From Owenia fusiformis (lineage: Eukaryota), in NCBI GenBank assembly GCA_903813345.2, contig CAIIXF020000001.1, forward strand, positions 48,918,001-48,982,000: a DNA stretch of 64,000 nucleotides. Direction: 5' to 3'. Positions within the stretch are counted from its first letter, which is position 1. Each line of letters begins with the position of its first letter. The position numbers and the translations under genes were made by a program. Shown piece after piece: positions 43,401 to 53,332 of this stretch. The notes beneath the pieces are model-generated. The model was not told the DNA's origin, ran no database searches, and worked only from the letters and a program-made list of their open reading frames with translations.

Positions 43401-46400
43401 AACTTCCAAAATATGGAGCATATGTATCTCAAATGTACTCAAAATGGTGAATGTACTCTTGCTTTGTCATAATATTACTAATAAGAAGTAAAAAAATAAT
43501 TGTACATTTAAAATAATATTGATTCTCATTTTGGCTTCTGACGTCCCAGGGGTGACCATATCTCACCTTAATAACTTCCAAAATATGGAGCATATGTATC
43601 TCAAATGTACTCAAAAAGGTGTATGTACTCTTGCTTTTTCATAATATTACTAATAAGAAGTAGAAAAATGATTATACATTTCAAAAATTTTAATTTTATT
43701 TTAGCTTCTTACGTTCCTGGGTAATCATATCGCACCATATAATAATAATAATAACTTCTAAGATATGTAACATATAATCCTCATCCTGTCTTTTTCATAT
43801 TACTAATGAAATGTAGAAAAATGATAGCATTTTTTTATAAATTTTAATTTTAGCCTCTGGTGTCCCAGGGGCTATCTCACCTTGATAACTCTCACGATAT
43901 GCAACATATGCATCTCAAATGTGTGCTCAAAATGGTATAAATATAGTCTTGTTTTGTCATATTTATTGAGAATCATAAAATCAACAGTTCAGAATCAATG
44001 GATTTTGACTGTCTCCTCTACAGCTACATATAATTCAGGGCAAATAATATCTGCTTTCAAATATTTGCATCTGCTCCCCAAACACCCTTTACAAGTACAA
44101 TGGATGAGATTATTCCCTTGCATACCTTGGACCCAACATCTTTTGTAATCCATACAGGAATCCTTTTAGCCTGTCAATAGTGGGAGTACTTTACTCCATT
44201 CATGAAGTAATGGCAACTGCTAATGTAAGGTGTTAATATGTTATCCTGTGGCCTGCAATATATGCACCTTGGATTATACACTGAATTAAGGGATTTTGAG
44301 TATGTAAAATACAGGAAAAGGAGCTCTTTGTAATGATAAATCTTTCTAACCACATTAACATTCTCTAGTTTGCATGTTTGTCATACAACATACATTGATT
44401 GTAATGAAATATTAATCTATGATTGTGATGTCCCACACTTCTAGGGTCCCAAAGAAGAGCTTAGCTTTTGGAACAATTGCATTATTCTTGGCACGGTAGG
44501 CCATACAGTGAATACAACTGTTGAGATTGGGCAATAACAATATAGCACAACATGACAAACCATGCAAACTAGAGAATGTCAATCAGGATTAGAAGCGACT
44601 TATCGCCCTTGTAATTTAGCAGTGGGACAGTTTGGTGTATGTTTGGGCATAAATGCGCCTTTTAGGCCTAATTTTTCAGGATATTTTCAAAATTTCGGGT
44701 CAGATTTGGGGTTAAGGGGCCAATTTTGGTAAATGAGGCTAGGCTACTCACACTACTGATAGGCTACCAGTATACAAAAGATGTTGCATCCAAGGCATGC
44801 AAAAGACTTATCGTCCATTGTTCCTGTAATATAAGGAGTGTTTGGGGAGAAGATGCAAATATTTTAAAGTAGATCTTAATGTCTCTGGACTATATGTAGC
44901 TGAAGCCTGCAGGGGAGACAGTCCAATCCATAAATTCTGAACTTCTGATTTCATGAATCTCAATAAATATGACAAAACAAGACTGTATATTTATACCATT
45001 TCGGGCACGCATTTGAGATGCATATGTTGCATATCGTGAGAGTTATATCAAGGTGAGACATACTGTAGTTGCCCCTGGGATGTCAGATTCGGAAGCTAAA
45101 ATGAAAATTTTAATTCAAAAAAGGTGTAATAATTTTTTCTACATCTCATGAATAATGTTATGACAAAGCAAGACCATATGCCCTATTTTTGGTATATTTG
45201 AGTTGTATATGTTACATAATTTTAGAAGTTATTGAGGGACGTCAGAAGCTAAAATTAAAATTTTTTAAATGTATAACTTCTTATTAGTATAATATTATGA
45301 CAAAGCAAGAGTACATACACCATTTTGAGTACATTTGAGATACATATGCTCCATATTTTGGAAGTTATTAAGGTGAGATATGGTCACCCCTGGGACGTCA
45401 GAAGCCAAATTGAGAATTAATATTTTTAAAAATGTGCAATCATTTTCCTACATCTTATTAGTAATATTATGACAAGACACGACTATATACACCATTTTGA
45501 GTTCATTTGAGATACATATGTTACATATTTTGGAAGTTATTAAGGTGAGATATGGTCAGTGGTCATCCCTGGAACGTCCGAAGCTAAAATGAAAATTAAT
45601 ATTTTTAAAATGTACAATAATTTCTCTACATCTTATAAGTAATATTATGACAAGGCAAGACTATATACACCATTTTGAGCACATTTAAGATACATATGCT
45701 CCATATTTTGGAAGTTATTAAGGTGAGATATGGTCACCCCTGGAACGTCAGAAGCCAAAATGAGAATTAATATTTTTTAAATTGTACAATCATTTTTCTA
45801 CTTCTTATTAGTAATATTATGACAAAGCAAGAGTACATACACCATTTTGAGTATATTTGAGATACAAATGCTCCATATTTTGGAAGTTATTAAGGTGAGA
45901 TATGGTCACCCCTGGAACGTCAGAAGCCAAAATGAGAATTAATATTTTTTAAAATGTACAATCATTTTTCTACTTCTTATTAGTAATATTATGACAAAGC
46001 AAGAGTACATACACCATTTTGAGCACATTTGAGATACATATGCTCCATATTTTGGAAGTTATTAAGGTGAGATATGGTCACCCCTGGGACATCAGAAGCC
46101 AAAATGAGAATTAATATTTTTTAAAATTGTACAATCATTTTTCTACTTCTTATTAGTAATATTATGACAAAGCAAGAGTACATGCACCATTTTGAGTAGA
46201 TTTGAGATACATATGCTCCATATTTTGGAAGTTAATCATGTGAGATATGGTCACCCCTATCCTGCATGATGCCACAATTTTAAATTTCAAGAATTTTTTT
46301 CTCCCCAGGTACAAAAGCTATTGATCCAATTTTAAGTATGTGCTATGAAAATATATAGGTCCTTTAGAATGAATTTTTTCAGTACATTTCATACCTTAAC

Positions 46401-49400
46401 GAATCTAAAATAAGTTATTACACGTGGTAGAAGTATGAAAATAGGTGGTGCCCCTAGAGTGAATTTCAAAATATGCCCTTATTTTCACCCTAATCCACAC
46501 AAGAAAATTCATACTGATTGTAAATAATGTTTTTGATAAGATTTTATTAGTATTTCAATGTCATTTTACTATTAAAATGTGATAAAAATTATTTTATACC
46601 CCTACCCCCTGTTTGAAAATGAATAGATGGCGCCTCTCTAACTGCCCATAGCGAATTCACTTACCACACATTTTTACTCAAGTTAGGATAATTTACTCTA
46701 GCGAGTGTCTAGAACAAAATGATACCCTCAAACCTTTTTTACTAGCCGATCACCGAAATCGGAGCTGGGGACAGCACTATTAACCAAGTACTAGAGACAT
46801 CTATTTAACAAACTAAAAGTAAAATAGCGGTGAAATGGCAATAAATATGTTATTTCTGATTTACATTTGTACATGGGTGAATGTTTTCCAAAAATTGCCA
46901 ATGTATTTGTGACTATAATAGTCTGAATTGTTTCATAGTCTGTTTAATAAATAATAAAAGGGATTACATTTTTAAATTGGCATATTCAATATTATTCTCT
47001 AGAAATTAATAATTCACAAAGGTGAGAAAAAACATTGAAGGGTAGCAGTGAAATATTGAAGGCTTTTTTACCTTTGGAGAAAATTCATTCCCCTGAATTT
47101 CTTATACAATCAAATAGTGAGTGTACGTGCAGCCACATACAACAAACAAAACAAAAACAACTTTACACCAGTCCAGTATTGAATTTTCCCTTGATTGGTA
47201 CAGTACTTATATGTTAGCATCTTGTAATTGAAAGATAACAATCCATAAATATGCAACAGAAAAAGTCCTATGTGCTGAATGCAAAATTGAGACTTTACCA
47301 TTGAAAATGCTAATTTCTGGAACTAGGTCAGGTTCACCTTTTAAAAATTTGAAGGGGGATCCAATTTTGACAACTTTGCCCCAAAAATCACTTGAAAAGT
47401 GCTCAGAATGGTGAAAAACTGCATGATTTTGAAAGAATTTTTGCCTAGGGGGGGGGGGGGGGCTTGGCAAGCCTCCCTGGCTATGGGCCTGCTGGGTTCA
47501 ATGTCCTTAAAACTGTGTTAACAATATTATTTTAGTGCATCTAATTTATAAATTATTATAATCTATCATACTTAAACGTAATAACTTAAATAAACATGAA
47601 CATCTTTTAAAACTGTATTAACAATATTACATACATGTATAAGTTAGCGCATCTAATGTGTATATTATTGTCATCATACTTAAACTTAAAACATTATAAT
47701 GAAATTGGTCCTTCAAAAAAGAAAACATTTGAAAAAGATAAGATATGAGACAGGGCAAGGACCTTTTGAGTAAAATACCATAGAAAAGGGCGCTAAACTT
47801 ACAGCAAATCTCCTTCCTGATTTGGTGATCCCTCATCAGCTGGTTCTTTCAATTCTACATGCTCCATTTAAAATCTTATGTTTTTACAAATTAATGGTCA
47901 TCCACTAATTTCCATACTGTTTTTTATTAAATTTAAGTCATCGATTAAAAACCGTATGTGTTCCCTAGGCTCTAAATTTTAATACACCATGCATATATCG
48001 CTCACGTAGTAAGTCTCGCTGTTATCTCTTGTTGAGTTAATAATTAGTTCTTATCAAATATAAGTAAGGCTATGGCTTCTGTAAATTATCTGCTACATAT
48101 GTTTGTATACCATTGCTCTTATAAATCAAATAATATATCTAGTCATTTTATAAAAATTGGTATATCACTCGAGAGATTTATTCTTGAATACATGGTCTGA
48201 AGAATATGGTCTTTTATAATTAATGTTTTGAAAAAACACTGTGGAAAGATATTTGAAAACACTAATTCATAACCTACATTTCAAATTGATAAATATATTA
48301 AAACCTGTGAACAGTGAACACCTATTGAACCACAGAAATGTGTTCACTGGAGGGAGGTGTTCACTACAGAGAGGCGATTTTATACAGAACTCAGTGGAAT
48401 ATGTGGTGTTTACTAGACACAAGCGTTCACTAGAGAGAGGTGTCCATTAAGACAGGTTTTATGGTATTCAATAATTATGAGCAACGACTTATTATATGAT
48501 ATGTAGTTTATGTAAGGTACATGCTGCACACTTCTAAGTTTTACCTTTATTCTCTCTTTTTGTATTACATAAACTTTCACATTTAAGAGGAAGTTCTATA
48601 CTTAACTTTTTCTACTTTCCGTAATTTCTTATCACAGAGTAATGTTTCTGTAAAATCATATGTCAACAAAACTGAAGCATATGTTACTGTTTTTATGAAT
48701 CATTTCTTAAGCATTCAAAATCAATTATGGTAATAGGTAAATGCTAGAGGAAATAATCGCAAATGTTCGGAGTGCCACTTAATACTCAAGTGTCTTCCTA
48801 TACAAGAACCAGATGCTACAAATATATAAAATAATTAAACACCAAAACAAGTGTTGTTTAATCAACTTATGAATGGTAAATGAATATATGATTGATATGT
48901 GACACAATACAAAATAGAAAATAATATTTTGCATGAATGCAAAGGTCAAGGTGAACTGAATTATTGGGAAGAATGTTGAAGTACAAATCATCATGATATT
49001 CTGTTTATAGAAGATATACCTATCATTGCCCAAATTTGAAAGAATTGATTATTTTCAATTTTGGAGTTTGTCATTCATACTGCCTAGCTACTGTTACAAT
49101 ATTGTGGTTGTTAATAGATGTACTATATTGTATTGTATTGTATTGTATTGTATTGTATTGTATTGTATTATATTATATTATATTATATTGATATAAGGTA
49201 CCTGTGTTTATTTGGAATCCTTTTCTCTTAAAGTGACTTTCTTACACTTCAGAGGCCAAAATTGGGGATTTCAAGAAATACTTTTCAAGAAAATAGTCTT
49301 ACCTTTCTATTAGGATGGCTTCAGGTGCCAAAATTAGCTGATCCATGAATATATATCATTTTGAAAATTGGAAGCAAGAATTTTGTTTTGGAAGCCATGT

Positions 49401-52400
49401 TTTTTTTGACAGTCATGACAGGAAGTAGATTCTCAAAATGAAAACTGGATTAACAGCATTGATTCTGAATTTGGCTTAGAATATTTACTCAGATATGTAT
49501 TGTAATATTATTACCATGATTATTGACTACTATTTAATAATTGTGGTGTAGAGGAAAAACATTTTTCTGAAATTAAGAATGAATACTAAAAGATGCATCA
49601 TGAATGTTGAGCTGAGGCTGTGGCAGAGTGGTTAGGGAATCAGTCTTGATTTTGCAGGTTCAAATCCCGGATCCCGGCCGTGGCATATCATGTTTTCTTT
49701 TTTTTTCTTTATTTCTGAGCCACAATATTTTCTACCTCATTTTTTATAGCACAGTGTCATATTTATTACTTTTTGGGGGTTTTAAAATATAGGTAAAATG
49801 TCTATGTGTGGCTTTAACTACCAGGTCTCTGATGGGTAATTAACCCCGTAGTCAAAAAGTCAAAGGTCACACAAATCTTGAATTTTGTTTTACCATCATT
49901 AATTTGATGTGTTTCAATTGATACTGAAAAGTCCTGCTTTATAAAGTGAATCAGAATGTACTCTCATTAAAAATCCCCAGTTTTTATTTTGCAAATGGGT
50001 GATAGGTGTGTTGGTGCATTCATATCTGGTCTTTCCATATAACCAGTATATGCTGATGTTTCAGTCAGAACATCAAAGTTCTGACTGAAAAAAGTAGTTA
50101 CTCAAACTGTGGTTAAACCAACATAACTGTGGTTTATCTAACATTACAATAGATTTCAGGCTGGTTAAATCACAGTCAATGACAAATAGCCTATGGTTTA
50201 AGATGAGATAGATAATTTCAAATAATATTGCAGTAAAACTTTTCGTATAACATTAAGATATTATCTAACTTTTCAAAGTATGAAACACAAATTAACAAAG
50301 AGAGTGAGAAACTTGATGAAAGACTATTAAGAAAGGACCATGTGTTTCATCTTGGTATTTGAATACTAAAACTAAATTTTATCATATTTATATTATATAG
50401 ACCAGGCCCTTAGCCAGGGAGATGGTCGGGGCGGGGGTTCCAAAAATTCTTTCAAAATCATGCAATTTTTCACCATTCTGAGAACTTTCAAGTGATTTTG
50501 GAATTAGAATTCTCCTTGTATCATTAAAGGACAACTGAAATAGCTTTTCTCAACTTGCAGCTACAAAAATGCGGTTTTCTCTATTGTAAGCCCACCGTAG
50601 AGTTCTTGCGATAGCCATTATAAAATAAATGTTAGATAACTGCTAACGGTCATAGATAACGAAATAAAACTAACTGATAAATCAAATTGGCCCCCACGTG
50701 ATTAGTAACGTCATATACAAATTATAGCTTTGGTTTATTGGTTCCATAGTAATCACAACGTCACGGCAACCATAGGATTGTTGTGTAAACAAATAACAAA
50801 ACATTTTGGCATTATGACGTCATGATCTAATGGACCAAAACGGTCCACGTGGGGGCCAATAACGTCACAACCAATTCGAATATTGCTTATTAAGCAGCTA
50901 TAACGATCGTTAGAGTGAAATAGTTTTCACACTACTGATTAGAAAACATATCCAAATACATCTATCAAAAAATTATATTGATTCCTTTAGGTTAAAAATA
51001 CCATTTCATATCTGCTTTAAAATACAGAAGATAAATTTTCACAATGCTACTGATGAGCACTAGTAATCAAGCTAAAGCAAGTTGAGTGAAGCAATACTTA
51101 ACGTCAATTTAATAGTATAGATGTTTGCTTTATTATACTTTAATTCCAAAACAGCTAGCTACAGGCACCAGCAATTTGAATAATACATTTCATTCTCCAA
51201 AACAATTAACTACATGTAAGTGCGTTTGCCTAAGCTGTGACAAAAGAATATAAGCAACCATGGCATATATGGAGAATGATCATATATCATGCCCACTTAC
51301 ATGTTGTACTTGACATATATCTTATCTAGTTTACACAGCCTCATTTTCTGAAACACATAATATATTAACAATATAATTCAGAATATTAAAAGATGTCTCT
51401 GTGTCTCACGGAATCCTTATAAACCTTTATTCATTTACTGTATTCATAAAATTTCATATCCATCAACAGTACACGTATGGCCATACCTAGTCAAGCAATT
51501 TTGGAAGGGTGGGTCATTGGCTTTTGTCTAATGGCCTAGTCACATAGCCCGGCCGATGAGGTTACGATGAGCCAGCGATGCAATTTTCACCGAACTCGGC
51601 CGAACACCGGCTGGACATCCGTGGCGTTTGTTGCTTAAAACCGCATCGGTGGTAGCTCGGTGAAATTTTAACTTCGGAGTTAAATTTCACCGGGCTCTCA
51701 CCGAGCTCCCTCATCATGTCATCGCAGCCCCATCGTAACCACATCGGAAAACACGTCGGCCGGTGCACGGCCGAGTATCGGCCGGTGTCCCGTGCATCTG
51801 AGACAACCAGAGGACGAGGTTTTTTAACAGACAGCGGCCGAGCTCCGGCCGAGCTCCGGCCGATGTGGGACAGAGCATCGGCCGGTCACTGTCCAAAGCC
51901 CGATAACAACCCGGCCGGCGATCGCACGGTGTCCTGTTACCTGCTCGGGTACCGGCCGTATTCCTTCCTATGTCCGGCCGACCTCCGGCCGGTAGTTGCT
52001 GCCACATCGGCAGAAAAAAACTACCATTTTGAGACAGACTCCGTACGGTCACCGGCCGGTGTTCGGTCGGTCGCCTGAAGATGTCCGGACGGAGTCCGTT
52101 CACGTCACCGAGCTCTGCTTCCGATGAGGAGAGCTCGGTGGCACCAAAAAAATCCACCGAGCTCTACTGATGCCGGACATCGGCCGGGCTATGTGACTAG
52201 GCAATAAAGGAGGCCAAACAACTGACCAAACAACAATATTTGAGGAATGCAGGCACAATTACAAGTAGGAGAACAAAGATTCACACACTCCACATCCAAA
52301 AAGAACAACACAGTGTAAAAGTTGACCAATCATTGAAAATCACTTGACTCAAGATTGATTGTCTCCCTCATGCTTAAGTAAAATCATAAAGAGATATAGT

Positions 52401-53332
52401 ATTTTAAATTGTAAATATACAACTCAAAGAGGTACAAACATTTTTCTATACTTCAATCCATTCTCCAGATAACAAAAAGCTAGATGCATGTTCTATTTCT
52501 GTATGTTCCATATTTGGAAGGAAATGTATTCATTCATTGTTAGAAATCAAGGTTAAGCTGATCTTGTCACTTTGTAGGACAATTTAAAACAGATAATGGT
52601 GGCTGAAAATGGTAATGACAAGGTCTTTTCTTGTAACACAAAATTTCAACAAAATTGTTAATTCAAACCAATTTTGGAAATCTACATATCAGATTGTTTA
52701 TAATACTAAATTATGAATTATGTTAATATACAAAGAGCTTTCTTACAGCATTTATGGAATTGCCTTTATGCCAAAGAGTTCCTTGGCAAGCAGACCTTGT
52801 AAACATTTGAAAAAAATTCCTTCTATTTTCTTAAATCATGTAAACAATAAAAAAATGTTATGCGATTCAGTGACCTCAAATCACTTTAGGATAATGTTAC
52901 TTAATCCAGTTTACATGAAATAATTGCTTCATATTCACTGAATTTCATTCTCTTTTCTAAAAAAATAATTTTTGACCTTAACTATATATATTATCAATGC
53001 AAATCTGCAATCTACAATTTTTTCCTAACTTTAAAAATGGGCCTGACATTTTTTCAACTGCAAGTTACACACTTCTCTCTATCAATATCCATACCATTCC
53101 TTAGAAAAAAAGAGGACAACCTGAACTTACCGACTGGTTCTTTTATATCCTCCAGAAAGTTTTCTGATGACGATGTTGATCCACTTCGTTCCCTCGTTAT
53201 GAGCGCTGTTGCTAAGGATGTGGGCATATGGACAGAGACCATCGGTACTATCTCTTGCATCTTTAAGCCATGTCCATTTGCTGCATTCTCATTCACTGCA
53301 TGCCCATTAGCTGTATGGCCATTATCTGCCAT
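1351..53332 (-). CDS. SLC4A11: SLC4A11-like transporter, spliced gene span; longest reconstructed isoform about 873 aa from 20 coding exons (2622 nt including stop)
   Basis: Exons join in frame through GT-AG introns. Protein has SLC4A11-type motifs [101 protein letters not shown]. The 5' exon choice is less certain than the core. Confidence 0.92.
1985..2154 (-). CDS. SLC4A11: Exon ([10 protein letters not shown]...LLMPIR)
   Basis: tttcag acceptor, gtttgt donor, 170 nt, phase 0-2. Confidence 0.92.
2427..2622 (-). CDS. SLC4A11: Exon ([10 protein letters not shown]...LLFTEQ)
   Basis: ttttaag acceptor, gtattt donor, 196 nt, phase 2-0. Confidence 0.92.
3219..3392 (-). CDS. SLC4A11: Exon ([11 protein letters not shown]...HGHVYQ)
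   Basis: ttttag acceptor, gtaagt donor, 174 nt; contains [10 protein letters not shown]. Confidence 0.93.
3828..3996 (-). CDS. SLC4A11: Exon (EKFKFNAG...[17 protein letters not shown])
   Basis: ttgtag acceptor, gtaag donor, 169 nt, phase 1-2. Confidence 0.92.
4357..4463 (-). CDS. SLC4A11: Exon ([17 protein letters not shown]...FKDVK)
   Basis: tttcag acceptor, gtaagt donor, 107 nt, phase 2-1. Confidence 0.92.
4881..5091 (-). CDS. SLC4A11: Exon encoding large extracellular loop and following TM helix (FDDNYWSC...[23 protein letters not shown])
   Basis: ttttacag acceptor, gtaagc donor, 211 nt, phase 1-2, open frame; differs from the ORF-track frame. Confidence 0.9.
5709..5782 (-). CDS. SLC4A11: Exon ([24 protein letters not shown])
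   Basis: ttacag acceptor, gtaagt donor, 74 nt, phase 2-1; SLC4 TEEIF motif. Confidence 0.92.
5961..6093 (-). CDS. SLC4A11: Exon ([23 protein letters not shown]...LMQWSS)
   Basis: ttgcag acceptor, gtaag donor, 133 nt, phase 1-2. Confidence 0.92.
6379..6492 (-). CDS. SLC4A11: Exon ([12 protein letters not shown]...[19 protein letters not shown])
   Basis: tttag acceptor, gtaagt donor, 114 nt, phase 1-1. Confidence 0.93.
7015..7137 (-). CDS. SLC4A11: Exon with TM1 (VIGPKALSK...[14 protein letters not shown]...HGKL)
   Basis: tttcag acceptor, gtaata donor, 123 nt, phase 1-1. Confidence 0.92.
7530..7614 (-). CDS. SLC4A11: Exon ([28 protein letters not shown])
   Basis: tttcag acceptor, gtgag donor, 85 nt, phase 0-1; SLC4 DIxRR..Y.SD motif. 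Confidence 0.92.
7886..8087. mobile_element. MITE of about 200 bp with CAGGCCC terminal inverted repeats; partial copies near 21060-21160, 35480-35660, 36710-36770, 47330-47491, 50403-50500
   Basis: caggcccatagccagg ... cctggctacgggcctg, flanked by gtaaa/gtaaa; shared internal motif aaaatcatgcaatttttcaccattctgagcacttt. Confidence 0.75.
8103..8300 (-). CDS. SLC4A11: Exon ([24 protein letters not shown]...PFEQE)
   Basis: ttacag acceptor, gtgggt donor, 198 nt, phase 0-0. Confidence 0.9.
8822..8945 (-). CDS. SLC4A11: Exon ([23 protein letters not shown]...ILVLAPTKE)
   Basis: ttcaag acceptor, gtttgt donor, 124 nt, phase 2-0; absent from ORF track. Confidence 0.88.
9289..9370 (-). CDS. SLC4A11: Exon ([26 protein letters not shown])
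   Basis: ttccag acceptor, gtatgt donor, 82 nt, phase 1-2. Confidence 0.9.
11269..11286 (-). CDS. SLC4A11: Candidate 18-nt microexon (adds ATPYRG)
   Basis: ttgccattcattttccag|CGACTCCATACAGAGGAG|gtaagg; symmetric phase 1-1, no stop. Confidence 0.55.
12982..13189 (-). CDS. SLC4A11: Exon ([16 protein letters not shown]...ALFTHDS)
   Basis: ttgcag acceptor, gtatgt donor, 208 nt, phase 0-1. Confidence 0.9.
14088..14131 (-). CDS. SLC4A11: First shared core exon ([14 protein letters not shown])
   Basis: tttttacag acceptor, gtaggt donor, 44 nt, phase 1-0. Confidence 0.8.
16423..17423 (-). mobile_element. Helentron-associated non-autonomous element (HINE/DINE-1-like) with about 4 copies of a 135-bp repeat
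   Basis: 12-bp subterminal inverted repeats atcccatcgaac (16456-16467) / gttcgatgggat (17410-17421), terminal hairpin, (GGAC)n-type microsatellite 17308-17380. Confidence 0.75.
18377..19434. mobile_element. Tc1/mariner-like MITE with long imperfect inverted repeats
   Basis: TA|cagggtgttccatatg ... catatgggacaccctg|TA; inverted similarity over roughly 170 bp and patchily further in; no ORF. Confidence 0.8.
19746..20167. mobile_element. MITE with CAC termini and 5-bp TSD (possibly Transib-like)
   Basis: CCTTA|cactggtgatcc ... ggataaccagtg|CCTTA; inverted repeats over 100 bp; second copy at 58737. Confidence 0.75.
21170..22640. mobile_element. Degenerate HINE-like element with decayed tandem repeats, interrupted at about 21990-22420
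   Basis: Repeated catcagcatataaaatttgaaccaaatcc...gagttatcaaag, decayed ggac microsatellite, end motif ctatatccct...gggatta like the 17423 end. Confidence 0.55.
22810..23572 (-). mobile_element. HINE-like element, same family as 16423-17423
   Basis: aactagacaatggcaac...atcccaagaac at one end; (GGAC)n plus ccctaccgaacttcgttcgttgggataa hairpin at the other. Confidence 0.75.
23675..23990 (-). CDS. SLC4A11: Alternative N-terminal exon A (MVLPEVRT...SIIYET); acceptor possibly at 24015
   Basis: Long open frame in AT-rich intron, aatATGG start, ACAG|gtagg phase-1 donor compatible with 14131, similar to exon B. Confidence 0.68.
26842..27094 (-). CDS. SLC4A11: Alternative N-terminal exon B (MTIRGS...SLVYET); acceptor possibly at 27117
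   Basis: aatATG start, ACAG|gtatt phase-1 donor, shares motifs with exon A. Confidence 0.68.
30028..31057 (-). mobile_element. HINE-like element, second family
   Basis: Inverted gctcacacag (30058-30067) / ctgtgtgagc (31045-31054), hairpin ggctcac-tgt-gtgagcc, (GGAC)n at about 30940-31020. Confidence 0.65.
33049..33137 (-). CDS. SLC4A11: Upstream exon ([29 protein letters not shown])
   Basis: tttgttctacag acceptor after long T-rich tract, gtaagc donor, 89 nt, phase 2-1. Confidence 0.65.
33471..34160. repeat. Minisatellite, about 9 copies of 72-83 bp
   Basis: Core cagccttagctgagttacctaactac...aagagaatcactgcatcaa. Confidence 0.95.
42692..43900 (+). repeat. 172-bp tandem array, left arm (6 good plus about 2 degenerate units)
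   Basis: ggggtgaccatatctcac recurs at 42692, 42864, 43036, 43205, 43377, 43549. Confidence 0.95.
45050..46257 (-). repeat. 172-bp tandem array, right arm (inverted)
   Basis: gtgagatatggtcacccc recurs at about 172-178 bp spacing from about 45373 to 46257. Confidence 0.95.
47803..47854 (-). CDS. SLC4A11: Upstream exon ([17 protein letters not shown]); internal exon or own start MEHVELKEP...
   Basis: gtaagt phase-2 donor; bridges phase-1 exon 53131 to phase-2 exon 33137; acceptor catgtag is weak; in-frame ATG just upstream. Confidence 0.58.
48296..48464. mobile_element. Short pogo/Tigger-like MITE remnant
   Basis: taaaacctgt ... acaggtttta inverted ends, internal gtgttcacta(c)agagagg repeats. 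Confidence 0.5.
49124..49190. repeat. (TATTG)n/(TATTA)n microsatellite
   Basis: Directly visible pentamer run. Confidence 0.95.
49616..49685 (+). pseudogene. tRNA-derived fragment (tRNA pseudogene or SINE head)
   Basis: Pol III box A-like tggcagagtgg and box B-like ggttcaaatcc; no intact cloverleaf. Confidence 0.5.
50528..51016 (+). mobile_element. Kolobok-like non-autonomous element, copy 1
   Basis: TTAA|aggacaactgaaatag ... ccatttcatatctgct|TTAA, imperfect short inverted ends beginning AG. Confidence 0.7.
51532..52204. mobile_element. GC-rich PIF/Harbinger-like MITE
   Basis: 25-bp inverted repeats gcctagtcacatagcccggccgatg / catcggccgggctatgtgactaggc; TAA at 51529-51531 and 52205-52207. 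Confidence 0.8.
53131..53332 (-). CDS. SLC4A11: Distal start exon ([11 protein letters not shown]...EDIKEPV); exon extends to acceptor at 53374
   Basis: atcATGG start, G|gtaagt phase-1 donor, tttcag acceptor at 53375-53376, low-complexity N-terminal-like peptide. Confidence 0.72.

Larger units (their letters stand above)
42170..46779. mobile_element. Foldback-type non-autonomous DNA transposon, 4.6 kb, with mirror 172-bp tandem arrays
   Basis: tagtgctgtccccagctccgatttcggtgatcggctagt at left and its reverse complement at right; about 520 bp near-identical outer arms; TTA (or TA) flanking duplication. Confidence 0.88.

Noticed and set aside
43088..43614. Three nearly identical 60-aa ORFs
   Set aside because: By-products of the 172-bp tandem unit, with non-ATG starts and no splice context
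49616..49685. Functional tRNA gene
   Set aside because: Anticodon arm and acceptor stem cannot be folded; kept only as a derived fragment
51562..52157. Overlapping ORFs of 68-147 aa on both strands
   Set aside because: Stop-poor GC-rich MITE interior; no transposase or other recognisable motif
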